A stretch of 64,000 nt of DNA. It comes from Dehalococcoidia bacterium. GTDB lineage: Bacteria > Chloroflexota > Dehalococcoidia > Bin125. A program made the position numbers and the translations under genes. The notes under the pieces were generated by a model. That model was given only the letters and a program-made list of their open reading frames with translations, made no database searches and was not told the DNA's origin. This document shows, piece after piece, positions 19,099 through 28,717 of the stretch. The stretch spans positions 2,424,393-2,488,392 of the forward strand of contig OZ220495.1 in the NCBI GenBank assembly GCA_965116225.1, given 5' to 3'. Each line of letters begins with the position of its first letter. Within the stretch, counting starts at the first letter, position 1.

Positions 19099-19326
19099 AT
19101 GATGACCGAACATCGGCGCTCGGAACCACAGGCGTGGCCGCCGCCCGCCCCTGACTCGCCACGAGCGCGTCGCCGGCCGCCCGAACGGCACGCACATTGG
19201 ATCGATCCCGACAATCGGGCCGAAGAGCCTCGAGAGGGTACGCCGCGTCTGCTCTGGTGGGTGTTGGGCGGGCTACTGCTCTTCGGAGTGTTCTCCGTTC
19301 TGATTCGCGTCTTCTTAGTTCTCTGA
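19099..19326 (+). CDS. Possible small membrane protein (hypothetical)
   Basis: 75 aa from ATGATG with a single C-terminal TM helix (LLWWVLGGLLLFGVFSVLIRVFLVL). Sits in an otherwise empty 540-nt intergenic gap. No family recognised. Confidence 0.25.
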   Translation: MMTEHRRSEPQAWPPPAPDSPRARRRPPERHAHWIDPDNRAEEPREGTPRLLWWVLGGLLLFGVFSVLIRVFLVL

Positions 19327-19444
19327 CCGCGTTCGTTCACGATCCAGCCGTGTTGCCGTGTCTGATTGTCGTATCTTGCCAGTGTCTTGATCGATAGCGC
19401 CTGCAATTCCGCGACCTCAGGCCAGTACGGATCGGAGCGAGAGG

Positions 19445-21961
19445 ATGACGATTATATCATCGGACGCGAACGCGACTCCAGACGCGGATGCCGGACAGGA
19501 GACGCTGCTGGCGGGGGTGAGGGTGCTCGATCTGGCGACGCCGCGGGCGGAGATGGCGGGGCGTGTCTTGGCCGATATGGGTGCGGAGGTGATTAAGGTC
19601 GAACCGCCCACAGGCGTCGAGTCGCGGTGCCTGCCCCCCTTCAATGATGCCGATCCGCAGCGCTCGCTCTATTGGGCCGCTGTCGGGCTGGGCAAACGAA
19701 GCGTGGTGGTCGATCTTGAATCGGAAGCTGGCCGCTCCGACTTCCGAGCCTTGCTGGCGACCGCCGACGTCCTGATCGAGTCCTTCGATCCGGGTGCGAT
19801 GTCGAAGTGGGATCTGGGCTATAACGATCTGGCCCCGCAGCATCCCGACTTGATCTACGTCTCAGTCACGCCGTATGGACAGGACGGTCCGCATGCGCAT
19901 CGACCGGCGACCGATCTGACGATCGAGGCGGCTGGTGGATTGGTGGGTCTGCAAGGGGATGGCGACCGCCCGCCGGTTCCGGTCGGGTTGCCGCAGGCGT
20001 CGATGCATGCCGGCGTACAGGCGGCGGCGGATACGGCGATCGCGCTGCGGGAGCGCGATCTGTCGGGGCTCGGACAGCATCTGGACGTGTCGATGCAGGC
20101 GGCCGTCGTCTGGACGCTGATGAACGCGACCGGATTTCCGCCCAACACCGGCGATGATCCGCCAGGTACCTGCGCGCAACGCAGTGTGGGCGGCGACAGC
20201 CCCAGCGGCGCGGTGATGGGCGTGCATCCCTGCCTCGACGGATATGTCGTTTTCAGCATCGTCCCTGGCGGGCTGGGGCTACGACATTCGGCCAAGGTGC
20301 TGAAGTGGATCGCGGAGGAGGGCGAGCTGATCGGCGGGTTGGCGGGCGTAGATATCGACGAATGGGTGGCGAACGTGGGCAGTCTGGTCATGGAAGATCC
20401 AGCCGAAGCCGGTCGGCAGGTCGCCATTGCGACGGAGAATCTGCACCATTTCGTGGCCAGGCGCACGATGGCGGAGTGCTTTGCCCGCGCCGTCGCCGAC
20501 GGATTCATGATGGCTCCGCTGTACACGATGGAGGACATCGCCAACGACCAGCACTTGGCGGCGCGGGATTTCTGGATCGAGCTCGACGGGTACCGATATC
20601 CCGGACCGTTCGCGAAGCTCTCGCGAACGCCGTTGCAGTTGCGCCGGGCGTCGCCGACGTTGGGACAGGATCAGGAGCTGCTCGCCCAGGTTGGCAGCGC
20701 GCCGACGCGGATCGCGAGGACGCCGAAGTCGTCCAACGGCGTGCGCGGCGCGGACGGCGGCGCGTTGACCGGCGTCAGGATCGCCGACTTCGCCTGGGTC
20801 GGCGTCGGACCGCTGATCTCCAAATCGATGGCGGACCACGGCGCGACCGTGGTGCACATCGAATCGGCGACGCGGCCCGATGTGCTGCGCCTCGCGCCTC
20901 CCTTCAAGGACAACCGGCCCGGCATGGACCGCGCCCAGTTCATGGCCAACTTCAACTCGTCCAAGCTCGGTGTCGCCTTGCGGCTCGATACCGAGCAGGG
21001 GCGCGATTACGCGCGACAGTTGATCGACTGGGCCGATGTGGTGGTTGAGTCGTTCACGCCGGGAACGATGAAACAGTTCGGTTTCGACTATGACACGCTG
21101 AGCAAGGATCGTCCGGAGTTGATCATGCTGAGCACGTGTTTGCGTGGACAGACGGGACCGGAATCGAGCTATCCCGGATTCGGACTGCAGGGTGCCTGCC
21201 TGTCGGGTCTGCATCGCATCACCGGATGGCCGGATCGGCAACCGTCCGGCACCTGGGGCGCGTACACCGACTTCATCAATCCTCGGTTCGGCTCAGGCGT
21301 GCTCGCAGCGGCGATTCGATATCGCGATCGGACCGGGAATGGTCAGTACATCGATCTGGCGCAGAGCGAGGCGGGGATTCACTTCGTCGCTCCGCTGCTG
21401 CTTGATTACCTGGAGAATGGGCGGATCGCGCAAGCGCCCGGCCACGATTCTCTGTACGGCGTCCCGAACGGGGTGTTCCGCGTCGGCGACGGCGAACGCT
21501 ATGTGGCCATCGCGACGGAGACCGCCCAGCAGTGGCGCGCGCTGCGAGACGCAACCGGTCTGGAGCATTGGTCGGGAACGGCATTCGACGACCTGTCAGT
21601 AAGGATTGGCGCCAAAGCGGAGATCGAAGCCATCATCGCCGAGTGGTGCGCCCCGCAGACCGCCGATGCTGTGGTCGAGCGGCTCACCGGGGCCGGTGTC
21701 CCCGCGTCGCTGGTGGAATGGCCCTCAGACCTCTATCAGGATGCCCAGCTCGCGCATCGGAACTTCTTCGTCAGCTTGCACCACTCAGTGATGGGTCCCA
21801 CGCCGTATGACGGACTCGTAACCAGGTTCTCAGGCGCCACGGCGCGCTTGCGTCGGGCGGCGCCGGCGATCGGCGAGCACACGCACTACGTCCTGTCGGA
21901 AATGCTGCAGGCGTTGGACGAGGAGATCACGGACGCGCTTGTTGCGGGCGCGCTTCAGTAG
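19445..21961 (+). CDS. Tandem-fused double CaiB/BaiF-family CoA-transferase
   Basis: 838 aa with two complete family III CoA-transferase units (GVRVLDLATPRAEMAGRVLADMGAEVIKVE... and LTGVRIADFAWVGVGPLISKSMADHGATVVHIE...). GAGAGG RBS before ATG. Confidence 0.85.
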   Translation: MTIISSDANATPDADAGQETLLAGVRVLDLATPRAEMAGRVLADMGAEVIKVEPPTGVESRCLPPFNDADPQRSLYWAAVGLGKRSVVVDLESEAGRSDFRALLATADVLIESFDPGAMSKWDLGYNDLAPQHPDLIYVSVTPYGQDGPHAHRPATDLTIEAAGGLVGLQGDGDRPPVPVGLPQASMHAGVQAAADTAIALRERDLSGLGQHLDVSMQAAVVWTLMNATGFPPNTGDDPPGTCAQRSVGGDSPSGAVMGVHPCLDGYVVFSIVPGGLGLRHSAKVLKWIAEEGELIGGLAGVDIDEWVANVGSLVMEDPAEAGRQVAIATENLHHFVARRTMAECFARAVADGFMMAPLYTMEDIANDQHLAARDFWIELDGYRYPGPFAKLSRTPLQLRRASPTLGQDQELLAQVGSAPTRIARTPKSSNGVRGADGGALTGVRIADFAWVGVGPLISKSMADHGATVVHIESATRPDVLRLAPPFKDNRPGMDRAQFMANFNSSKLGVALRLDTEQGRDYARQLIDWADVVVESFTPGTMKQFGFDYDTLSKDRPELIMLSTCLRGQTGPESSYPGFGLQGACLSGLHRITGWPDRQPSGTWGAYTDFINPRFGSGVLAAAIRYRDRTGNGQYIDLAQSEAGIHFVAPLLLDYLENGRIAQAPGHDSLYGVPNGVFRVGDGERYVAIATETAQQWRALRDATGLEHWSGTAFDDLSVRIGAKAEIEAIIAEWCAPQTADAVVERLTGAGVPASLVEWPSDLYQDAQLAHRNFFVSLHHSVMGPTPYDGLVTRFSGATARLRRAAPAIGEHTHYVLSEMLQALDEEITDALVAGALQ

Positions 21962-22119
21962 CGGGTGTTGACACTGACTGGAGGGCGTCGGGGTTGGAGC
22001 CGACGATCAAGTAGACTTCGAAGCCAGCTTCGATCCTGTGACCCGACGGGTCGGCGCGATCACGATGGACGACCAGCGCGTCTGCGCCTAACGCGAGACG
22101 CGGGGAAGGATTCCGAGCG

Positions 22120-23301
22120 ATGGGACAGCGCACGATGCGCGGGCAAACGGCGATCATCGGCGTCGGCGAGACGACCTACTACAAGCGTGGTCGTTCACCT
22201 GACGCGGAGTTCAAACTCGTCGTCGAGGCAATCCTGAAGGCGAGCGCGGATGCAGGCATTGACCCACGCAAGATCGACGGGTTCGCGTCGTACTCCAACG
22301 ACCGCAACGACCCGTCGCGGATTGCGGCGGCGCTCGACATCCATGACCTGCGCTTCTCCAACATGGAGTGGGGCGGCGGCGGCGGCGGCGGTTCGGCGGC
22401 GTGTTGTCACGCCGCTGCCGCGATCGCAACCGGCCTGGCCAACACGGTGGTGGTCTTTCGAGGGCTGGCGCAGGGTCAGTTCGGTCGTTTTGGGCAGGGC
22501 GCGCGCGTGCCGCGTGTGCGCGGCGACCAATCCTATACGGCACCCTATGGTCTGATGTCGCCAGCGCAGTCGTTCGCGATGCGGGTGCACAAGCTGTTCG
22601 ACGACCACGGGATCATGCAGGACACGCTTAAGGCCTGCTCGCTGGCGTCCTATCACCATGCGCAGAACAACCCGCGCGCGGTGATGTATGGGCGTCCGCT
22701 GACCCCTGAAGACTACGATCAGTCGCGCTGGATTGTGGAGCCGTTCCACCTGTTCGACTGCTGTCAGGAGAACGACGGCGCGGCGGCGATGATTTTCGTC
22801 TCGGCCGAACGGGCCAGGGACTACGCCAAACCGTCGGTCTATTTCCTCGGTGGCGCGGTCGGATCGCCCAATCGCGCTGGATCCGGCTCGCACAACGCGA
22901 CCGATTACGCCACCTCGAATTTCAAGACCGTCGCCCCGCGTATGTACGACATGGCGCAGGTCAAACCGGAGGAGGTCGACGTCGCGCAGGTCTACGAGAA
23001 CTTCACCGGCGGCGTGGTGATGAGCATCATTGAGCACGGACTGACGACGTATACGGAAGCGAACGAGTTCATCACCTTCGACAACCTCATCGCTCCAAGC
23101 GGCAAGATGCCGCTCAACACCAGCGGCGGCAATCTGGCTGAGTGCTACATGCACGGCCTGGAGCTGAACATCGAGGCGGTCCGCCAGGTACGCGGCGAGT
23201 CCTGCAACCAGGTCGACGACGTCAATGTGTCGCTGGTCGCGTCGGGTCCGATGGTGACGCCGGTGTCCGACATGATCGTCGGTTCAGAGGCGGTGCTCTA
23301 A
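22120..23301 (+). CDS. SCPx-type thiolase / lipid-transfer-protein-like thiolase-fold enzyme
   Basis: GQTAIIGVGETTYYKRGRS...IDGFASYSNDRND and a C-terminal CYMHGLELNIEAVRQVRG match nonspecific lipid-transfer-protein thiolases. Contains an in-frame (GGC)7 poly-Gly tract. Confidence 0.8.
   Translation: MGQRTMRGQTAIIGVGETTYYKRGRSPDAEFKLVVEAILKASADAGIDPRKIDGFASYSNDRNDPSRIAAALDIHDLRFSNMEWGGGGGGGSAACCHAAAAIATGLANTVVVFRGLAQGQFGRFGQGARVPRVRGDQSYTAPYGLMSPAQSFAMRVHKLFDDHGIMQDTLKACSLASYHHAQNNPRAVMYGRPLTPEDYDQSRWIVEPFHLFDCCQENDGAAAMIFVSAERARDYAKPSVYFLGGAVGSPNRAGSGSHNATDYATSNFKTVAPRMYDMAQVKPEEVDVAQVYENFTGGVVMSIIEHGLTTYTEANEFITFDNLIAPSGKMPLNTSGGNLAECYMHGLELNIEAVRQVRGESCNQVDDVNVSLVASGPMVTPVSDMIVGSEAVL
22366..22386 (+). 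repeat. (GGC)7 trinucleotide repeat inside the thiolase gene, encoding seven Gly (WGGGGGGGS)
   Basis: Direct reading of 22366-22386, ggcggcggcggcggcggcggc. Confidence 0.9.
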
Positions 23302-23750
23302 TGGCGAATTCGGGAGCGTACTATTTGGGCGAGGGCATGCCCGCCCCAGCCCCGTCGATCGATGGACTGGACACCGAGTACTGGGAAGGCGTCAAGCGTC
23401 ACGAGTTGTTGGTTCAGCATTGCAATGCCTGCGACCGACCCCAGTTCGGCCCCGAGTGGGTTTGCCATCGCTGTCACTCATTCGATCTGGGCTGGAAGCC
23501 GGTCGAAGGCAACGGGTGCATCTTCTCTTGGGAGCGCGTCTGGCATCCCGTGCACCCGGCGTTGCAGGACTCGTGTCCGTACCTCGTCGTGCTGGTCGAG
23601 CTGCCCAATCATGAAAATGTCCGTATGGTTGGCAATCTGATCGGCGACCCGATGCAGACCGTCGAGATCGGCGCGGAAGTCCGCCCGTACTTCGAGGACC
23701 ACGAAGGCGACGATCCATTCACTCTCGTGCACTGGGAAGTGGTCGAGTAA
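23301..23750 (+). CDS. DUF35 OB-fold/zinc-ribbon protein (thiolase partner)
   Basis: CNACDRPQFGPEWVCHRCHS zinc ribbon followed by an OB-fold. Start overlaps the thiolase stop (TAATG). This is the classic SCPx-thiolase/DUF35 pairing. Confidence 0.8.
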   Translation: MANSGAYYLGEGMPAPAPSIDGLDTEYWEGVKRHELLVQHCNACDRPQFGPEWVCHRCHSFDLGWKPVEGNGCIFSWERVWHPVHPALQDSCPYLVVLVELPNHENVRMVGNLIGDPMQTVEIGAEVRPYFEDHEGDDPFTLVHWEVVE

Positions 23751-23782
23751 GTCCGTTGAGGGTCGGCGCGCGAACCCGTCGG

Positions 23783-26659
23783 CTAGCCTGTGTTGCGCAG
23801 TCCCGCTGCGACGCCGTTGATGCTGCGCAGGATCGACTCCAGCGTGTCGGTGTACTCGGGATCAGTCTCCGGCAGATCACGGATGCGACCGAGTAGTTCC
23901 ACCTGCAGAAAGCTGAGCGCGTCGACATACGGATTACGCAACGCGATCGAGCGCTGCAGTACCGGCGAATCGTCGAGCAGGTGATCCTGGCCGGACAGGC
24001 GATTGACCATGGCGACAGTGCGGATGTATTCGTCTCGCAGGCGACTGAAGGTATGCAGGTCCTGGTTGCCGTTGCCCAGTGTGCGGGCATAGTGCTCGGC
24101 AACATCGAAGTCCGCCTTGGCCAGCACCATTTCGACATTGGAGAGCAGTGTGGCGAAGAAGGGCCAGCGGAGGCGCATGTCCCTGAGTAGCGCCTCGCCT
24201 GCGCTCCCGTGTCGTTCGATGAACTGCGCGATCGCCGTACCGACGCCCATCCAACCAGTAATCACGTGGCGTGTCTGCATCCAAGCGAAGACCCAGGGGA
24301 TTGCCCGCAATGAGGTCAGCGAAGCATCGGAACCGGGTCGGAACGTTGGACGCGAGCCGATCGCGAGGTTGCCCAGCATCCCAATTGGCGTGACGCGCTG
24401 GAAATAGGCATGGAGATCGAGGTTCTCGACGACCTCGGCGCGATAGGCACATTCGGCCGTTTCCGACAGCTCTTCCATGGCGACGTGATAGCGCTCGCGT
24501 TCGGCGTCCGGTGTGTCGTCATGATCTCGATCGAAACGTTTGACCAACGAGGCCGCCAGAGCCTGTTCGAGGTTCCATTTGGCCAAGCCGGGCATGCCGT
24601 AGGTGAATTGGATCATCTCACCTTGTTCGGTGAACTTGATCCCGGCCTTGGTCGTGTGCGGGGGTAGGGCGAGGATCGCGTCATGCGACGGCCCGCCGCC
24701 GCGACTGACGGTTCCGCCGCGTCCGTGAAAGAACATCAGCCCAATGCCCGCCTCGCGGGCGACGGCGTGCATCGCCTCCTGGGCGCGATACAGCCCCCAG
24801 AGCGAGGGCAGCACGCCGGCGTCTTTGGCAGAATCGGAATAGCCAACCATAACTTCCTGCAGGTCGTTGTGCGCTTGTAAATGGCGTCGGTAGGCACCGT
24901 GTGAGAGCAGCGATCGGAGGACCGCCGGGGCGCGATTGAGATCGGCGACGCGCTCGAACAACGGCGCAATACGGATCTGTCCGCCGGGCGCGCGCAGATT
25001 GATGTCGTTGAGGCCGGCCTGTCGAGCCACCAGCACCGGTGCCAGTACGTCGGCGGCGCTGCCGCTCATCGAGACGATGCAGGTCTGCATCGCTTCCGGT
25101 CCGCAGATGCGCTGGATGCGCCGCGCCGTGCGGAAGCGCCGCAGCGTCTCGTCGTCGTGGGTCGACATGGCATGGCCGATGGGAAAGTAGTCGCGGTCCA
25201 GTTCGCTAGCCAGAAACCCCTCGCGTTGCTCAGTCCCGAGCTCGAGGTAGCTGCCGCCGGGCGGCTGGATGTCGAGACCGCGCAGGACCGCGTCGGCGGC
25301 GGTGTGAAATCTGTCGGCATGGTCGCGGATGTCGAGCGTCGCCAGATGGAAGCCGAACGCGCGCGCGCGGTCGATCAGGGGCTGTACCACAGTGTCGGCG
25401 CCGGCATTCGCGCCATGCAGTCTCAGACTCTCGGCGATGGTTTCCAGGTCCTCGACGAATTCTTGCGGCGAGTCGTAGGTGGCTCCATCGGGTTCCTCCG
25501 CGCTGGTGCGCGCATCGTGCGTTGTCGCCGCGCGAGTATCGAGTAGCGCGAAATCGGCCTCCAGGGTGGCTTCAAGGCGTGCCGCCATATACCGAATCTT
25601 GTGGCGATACCGCTCGGCCTGGTTGCGGTGTTCGAGTCGTTGCTCGACTCTCGGCATGCGACGTGCGTCGCGGAGTAGCGAGGACTCCAGTTCGGACGAC
25701 GCTGCCACTCGGCGAACGGAGTGTGGGAGCATGGCGTCCAACGAGCGGACAGCTTGCAGGTGTAGACGCAGCACGCGCGCGCGCATGGTGAGTGCGGTTT
25801 GCCAGGTCAGGTCGGGCGTCACGTTCGGGTTGCCATCCGCGTCGCCGCCCATCCACGAGCCGAGGATTACGGGCACCTGTTCGGGGCTCACGCCGGTGGC
25901 TCGACGGAATCGTCGGGCGATGTCGGGCACGGCATTCCACAGTGTGGTCTCGAATGTGCGCAGTAAGAGACGCGATTCCTCAAGCACCGTCGGTCGGCGA
26001 TGACGGAGGTGATCTGCCTGCCACAGACCTTCTATGTGCGTTTTCAGCGCGTCGTCGATCTCGTCCAGCTCGGGTGGAATCGCATGTTCGCGCTCCAACA
26101 GCAACCGATGGACGTCCTGCAGGGCGCCCAGCATGGTCAGTCGCTGCGACTCGGTTGGATGTGCGGTAAAGACGGGCTGTAGGTGGATGCCCGCTGCCTG
26201 GCTTCGAATGGTAGGTACGTCCAGTCCGCGGGTGAGCAGTTGTTCGACTACAGCCGGGATCGAGCGCGGAGCGGCAGGCGCATCGGACGAGCGCAGCCGT
26301 CGTCGTCGAATGCGGTGAGCCTCTTCCGCCGTGTTGGTGAGCAGGAAGTAGGTGAGGAAGGCGTTGCCGACCTCGGCGGCGAGCCACAGCGGCCAGCTCT
26401 GAATCAGCTCGACGATCTCGGCGGTGAGTTGCGGTTCCGGGTCCTGGCGGACGCCTCGTCGACGCTGCGCCAGGCTTCTGAGCTGTTCGACGGCGTTGAA
26501 CACGTCGTCGCCGTCGACCCGTCGGATCGTGCTACCCAGCAAACTGCTCAGCAGACGGACGTCGGCGGCCAACGGCGCGTCGACGTGTCGGCGCTCCTGG
26601 TTCTGCGTCGCCGTCGTTTCTCCGATGACTGCGCTGCCATGCTCCGGACGCTCAATCAT
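23783..26659 (-). CDS. ppc: Phosphoenolpyruvate carboxylase
   Basis: VMVGYSDSAKDAG and FHGRGGTVSRGGGPSH signatures with the C-terminal ...RNTG. 958 aa. Confidence 0.95.
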   Translation of the reverse strand: MIERPEHGSAVIGETTATQNQERRHVDAPLAADVRLLSSLLGSTIRRVDGDDVFNAVEQLRSLAQRRRGVRQDPEPQLTAEIVELIQSWPLWLAAEVGNAFLTYFLLTNTAEEAHRIRRRRLRSSDAPAAPRSIPAVVEQLLTRGLDVPTIRSQAAGIHLQPVFTAHPTESQRLTMLGALQDVHRLLLEREHAIPPELDEIDDALKTHIEGLWQADHLRHRRPTVLEESRLLLRTFETTLWNAVPDIARRFRRATGVSPEQVPVILGSWMGGDADGNPNVTPDLTWQTALTMRARVLRLHLQAVRSLDAMLPHSVRRVAASSELESSLLRDARRMPRVEQRLEHRNQAERYRHKIRYMAARLEATLEADFALLDTRAATTHDARTSAEEPDGATYDSPQEFVEDLETIAESLRLHGANAGADTVVQPLIDRARAFGFHLATLDIRDHADRFHTAADAVLRGLDIQPPGGSYLELGTEQREGFLASELDRDYFPIGHAMSTHDDETLRRFRTARRIQRICGPEAMQTCIVSMSGSAADVLAPVLVARQAGLNDINLRAPGGQIRIAPLFERVADLNRAPAVLRSLLSHGAYRRHLQAHNDLQEVMVGYSDSAKDAGVLPSLWGLYRAQEAMHAVAREAGIGLMFFHGRGGTVSRGGGPSHDAILALPPHTTKAGIKFTEQGEMIQFTYGMPGLAKWNLEQALAASLVKRFDRDHDDTPDAERERYHVAMEELSETAECAYRAEVVENLDLHAYFQRVTPIGMLGNLAIGSRPTFRPGSDASLTSLRAIPWVFAWMQTRHVITGWMGVGTAIAQFIERHGSAGEALLRDMRLRWPFFATLLSNVEMVLAKADFDVAEHYARTLGNGNQDLHTFSRLRDEYIRTVAMVNRLSGQDHLLDDSPVLQRSIALRNPYVDALSFLQVELLGRIRDLPETDPEYTDTLESILRSINGVAAGLRNTG

Positions 26660-26743
26660 CGCGAACCTCCCGCTCCCCGCTTCGAGTTTCGGGTGTTGTG
26701 CCTCCTACGATAGTTACAGGTTTCGAGTCGGCGAGGGGTAACG

Positions 26744-28717
26744 ATGAGTGAACAAGCGAGCGGACCGCGGATTGCGCCATACGGATCCTGGCAATCGCCG
26801 ATCGCCACGGCGATGTTAACTACGGGCGCGCTTCGATTTGATGAGCTCGATGTGGACGGCGATGACCTTTACTGGGTCGAGTCTCGCCCCGATGAGCAGG
26901 GCCGCTACGCGGCGATGCGTTATTCGCTAGGCGGCGAGGTCAGCGAAGTCACCACGCCGGACTTGAGCGCGCGCACGCTGGTTCACGAATACGGCGGCGG
27001 ATCGCTCGCGGTTTCGAATAGCGTCGCGTACTTCTCGAACTTTGTGGATCAGCGGTTGTATCGACGCGTGACGAGCGGCGATGCGCCGCCGACCACGCTG
27101 ACGCCCGATATTCCAGTGCGCTACGCGGATGCAACCGTCGATGACGAGCGTGGGCAGTTGATCTGCGTGGCTGAAGATCATCGTCGCGAGGGCCTGGAGG
27201 CAGAGAACTACTTGGCCTCGATCCCAACCGACGGCAGCGCTGCCGTCGCAGGCGACATCACTCGTCTTCACGAAGGGTTCGATTTCTGCTCGTCGCCGCG
27301 GCTTAGCCCTGACGGTCGGCGGCTGGCGTGGATTTGCTGGAATCATCCCTGTATGCCTTGGGATGCGACCGAGTTGTGGCTAGCCGAAGTGTCGAGCGAC
27401 CGCTCGCTGTTATCGCCGCGCCGGATCGCCGGCGACGCGCGAGGCGATATCTCGATCACCGAACCGCAATGGGGTCCTGATGGCACGCTCTATTGCGTCT
27501 CCGATGCTTCCGGCTGGTGGAACATCCACCGATTCGACGGCGACCGCCTGGTGCCCGTGCTGGCGCTCGATGCGGAATTCAGCCAGCCGCAGTGGACACT
27601 CTCGATGTCAACCTACGCCGTGCTCGACGAGCGTCATCTGGTGGCGCAGTACGGCAATGCGGAAGGACGCAAAGTCGGGGTGATCGATGTCGGTTCGGGC
27701 AGGCTGAGGGAGATCGACACGCCGTTCAATACGTTCGGGTTCTTCACCGCCGCGCTCGGAGGTCGCATGATCTGCGCAGCGGCGAGCGTTGACGCGGGTG
27801 CGGCGATCGTCGCCATCGACGTCGATACCGGCGAGGTGGAAACGATCCGCGCCTCCAGCAGCCCTGATCTGGATCAGTCCTGTTTCTCCGAGGCTGAGAC
27901 GATCACGTACCCCACGAGCGATGGAGCCATCGCTCACGCCTACTTCTACGCGCCGCGTAATCCGGACTTCTTAGCTCCCGACGGCGAGGCGCCGCCTCTG
28001 CTCACGTTCATCCATGGCGGTCCGACCAGCGCAGCCAATCCAGGCTTCAATCTGGCAATCCAGTACTGGACGACGCGCGGCTTCGCGGTGGTCGATGTCG
28101 ACTACCGCGGCTCGACCGGATACGGCACCGAGTATCGGCGAGCGCTGAACGGTAACTGGGGTGTCGTCGATCGCGACGATTGCGAGGCGGCGGCGCGGTT
28201 TCTGATCGAACGCGGCGATGTCGATCCGGCTCGCCTGGCGATCCGCGGCGGCTCGGCAGGCGGCTATACGACGCTCTGCGCGCTCACGTTCGGCGATGTG
28301 TTCACCGCGGGCGCGTCGTACTTCGGCGTCTCCGACGCAGCGGCGCTGGCCGAGGACACGCACAAGTTCGAGTCGCGCTACCTCGATTCGTTGATCGGTC
28401 CCTATCCTGAACGAGCGGAACTGTATGAGCAGCGGTCGCCGATCCGCGCGGTCGATCTCCTGTCCTGCCCGGTCATCTTCCTGCAGGGTCTCGATGACAA
28501 GATCGTGCCGCCGAATCAGGCCGAGCGCATGGTCGAGGCGTTGCGCAAGAAAGGCCTGCCAGTCGCCTACATCGCTTTTGAGGGAGAGCAGCATGGCTTT
28601 CGGCAGGCCGCCAATATCCAGCGCGCCACCGAGGCGGAGCTGGACTTCTACGGACGCATCTTCGGCTTTGCTCCCGCGGGCGACATCGCCTCGGTCGAGA
28701 TTGAGAATCTGCCATGA
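26744..28717 (+). CDS. S9-family serine peptidase (beta-propeller plus prolyl oligopeptidase-type alpha/beta hydrolase domain)
   Basis: C-terminal GGSAGGYTT nucleophile elbow, ...DDKIVPP (Asp) and ...GEQHGF (His). The N-terminal region is WD-like/TolB-like. Confidence 0.85.
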   Translation: MSEQASGPRIAPYGSWQSPIATAMLTTGALRFDELDVDGDDLYWVESRPDEQGRYAAMRYSLGGEVSEVTTPDLSARTLVHEYGGGSLAVSNSVAYFSNFVDQRLYRRVTSGDAPPTTLTPDIPVRYADATVDDERGQLICVAEDHRREGLEAENYLASIPTDGSAAVAGDITRLHEGFDFCSSPRLSPDGRRLAWICWNHPCMPWDATELWLAEVSSDRSLLSPRRIAGDARGDISITEPQWGPDGTLYCVSDASGWWNIHRFDGDRLVPVLALDAEFSQPQWTLSMSTYAVLDERHLVAQYGNAEGRKVGVIDVGSGRLREIDTPFNTFGFFTAALGGRMICAAASVDAGAAIVAIDVDTGEVETIRASSSPDLDQSCFSEAETITYPTSDGAIAHAYFYAPRNPDFLAPDGEAPPLLTFIHGGPTSAANPGFNLAIQYWTTRGFAVVDVDYRGSTGYGTEYRRALNGNWGVVDRDDCEAAARFLIERGDVDPARLAIRGGSAGGYTTLCALTFGDVFTAGASYFGVSDAAALAEDTHKFESRYLDSLIGPYPERAELYEQRSPIRAVDLLSCPVIFLQGLDDKIVPPNQAERMVEALRKKGLPVAYIAFEGEQHGFRQAANIQRATEAELDFYGRIFGFAPAGDIASVEIENLP

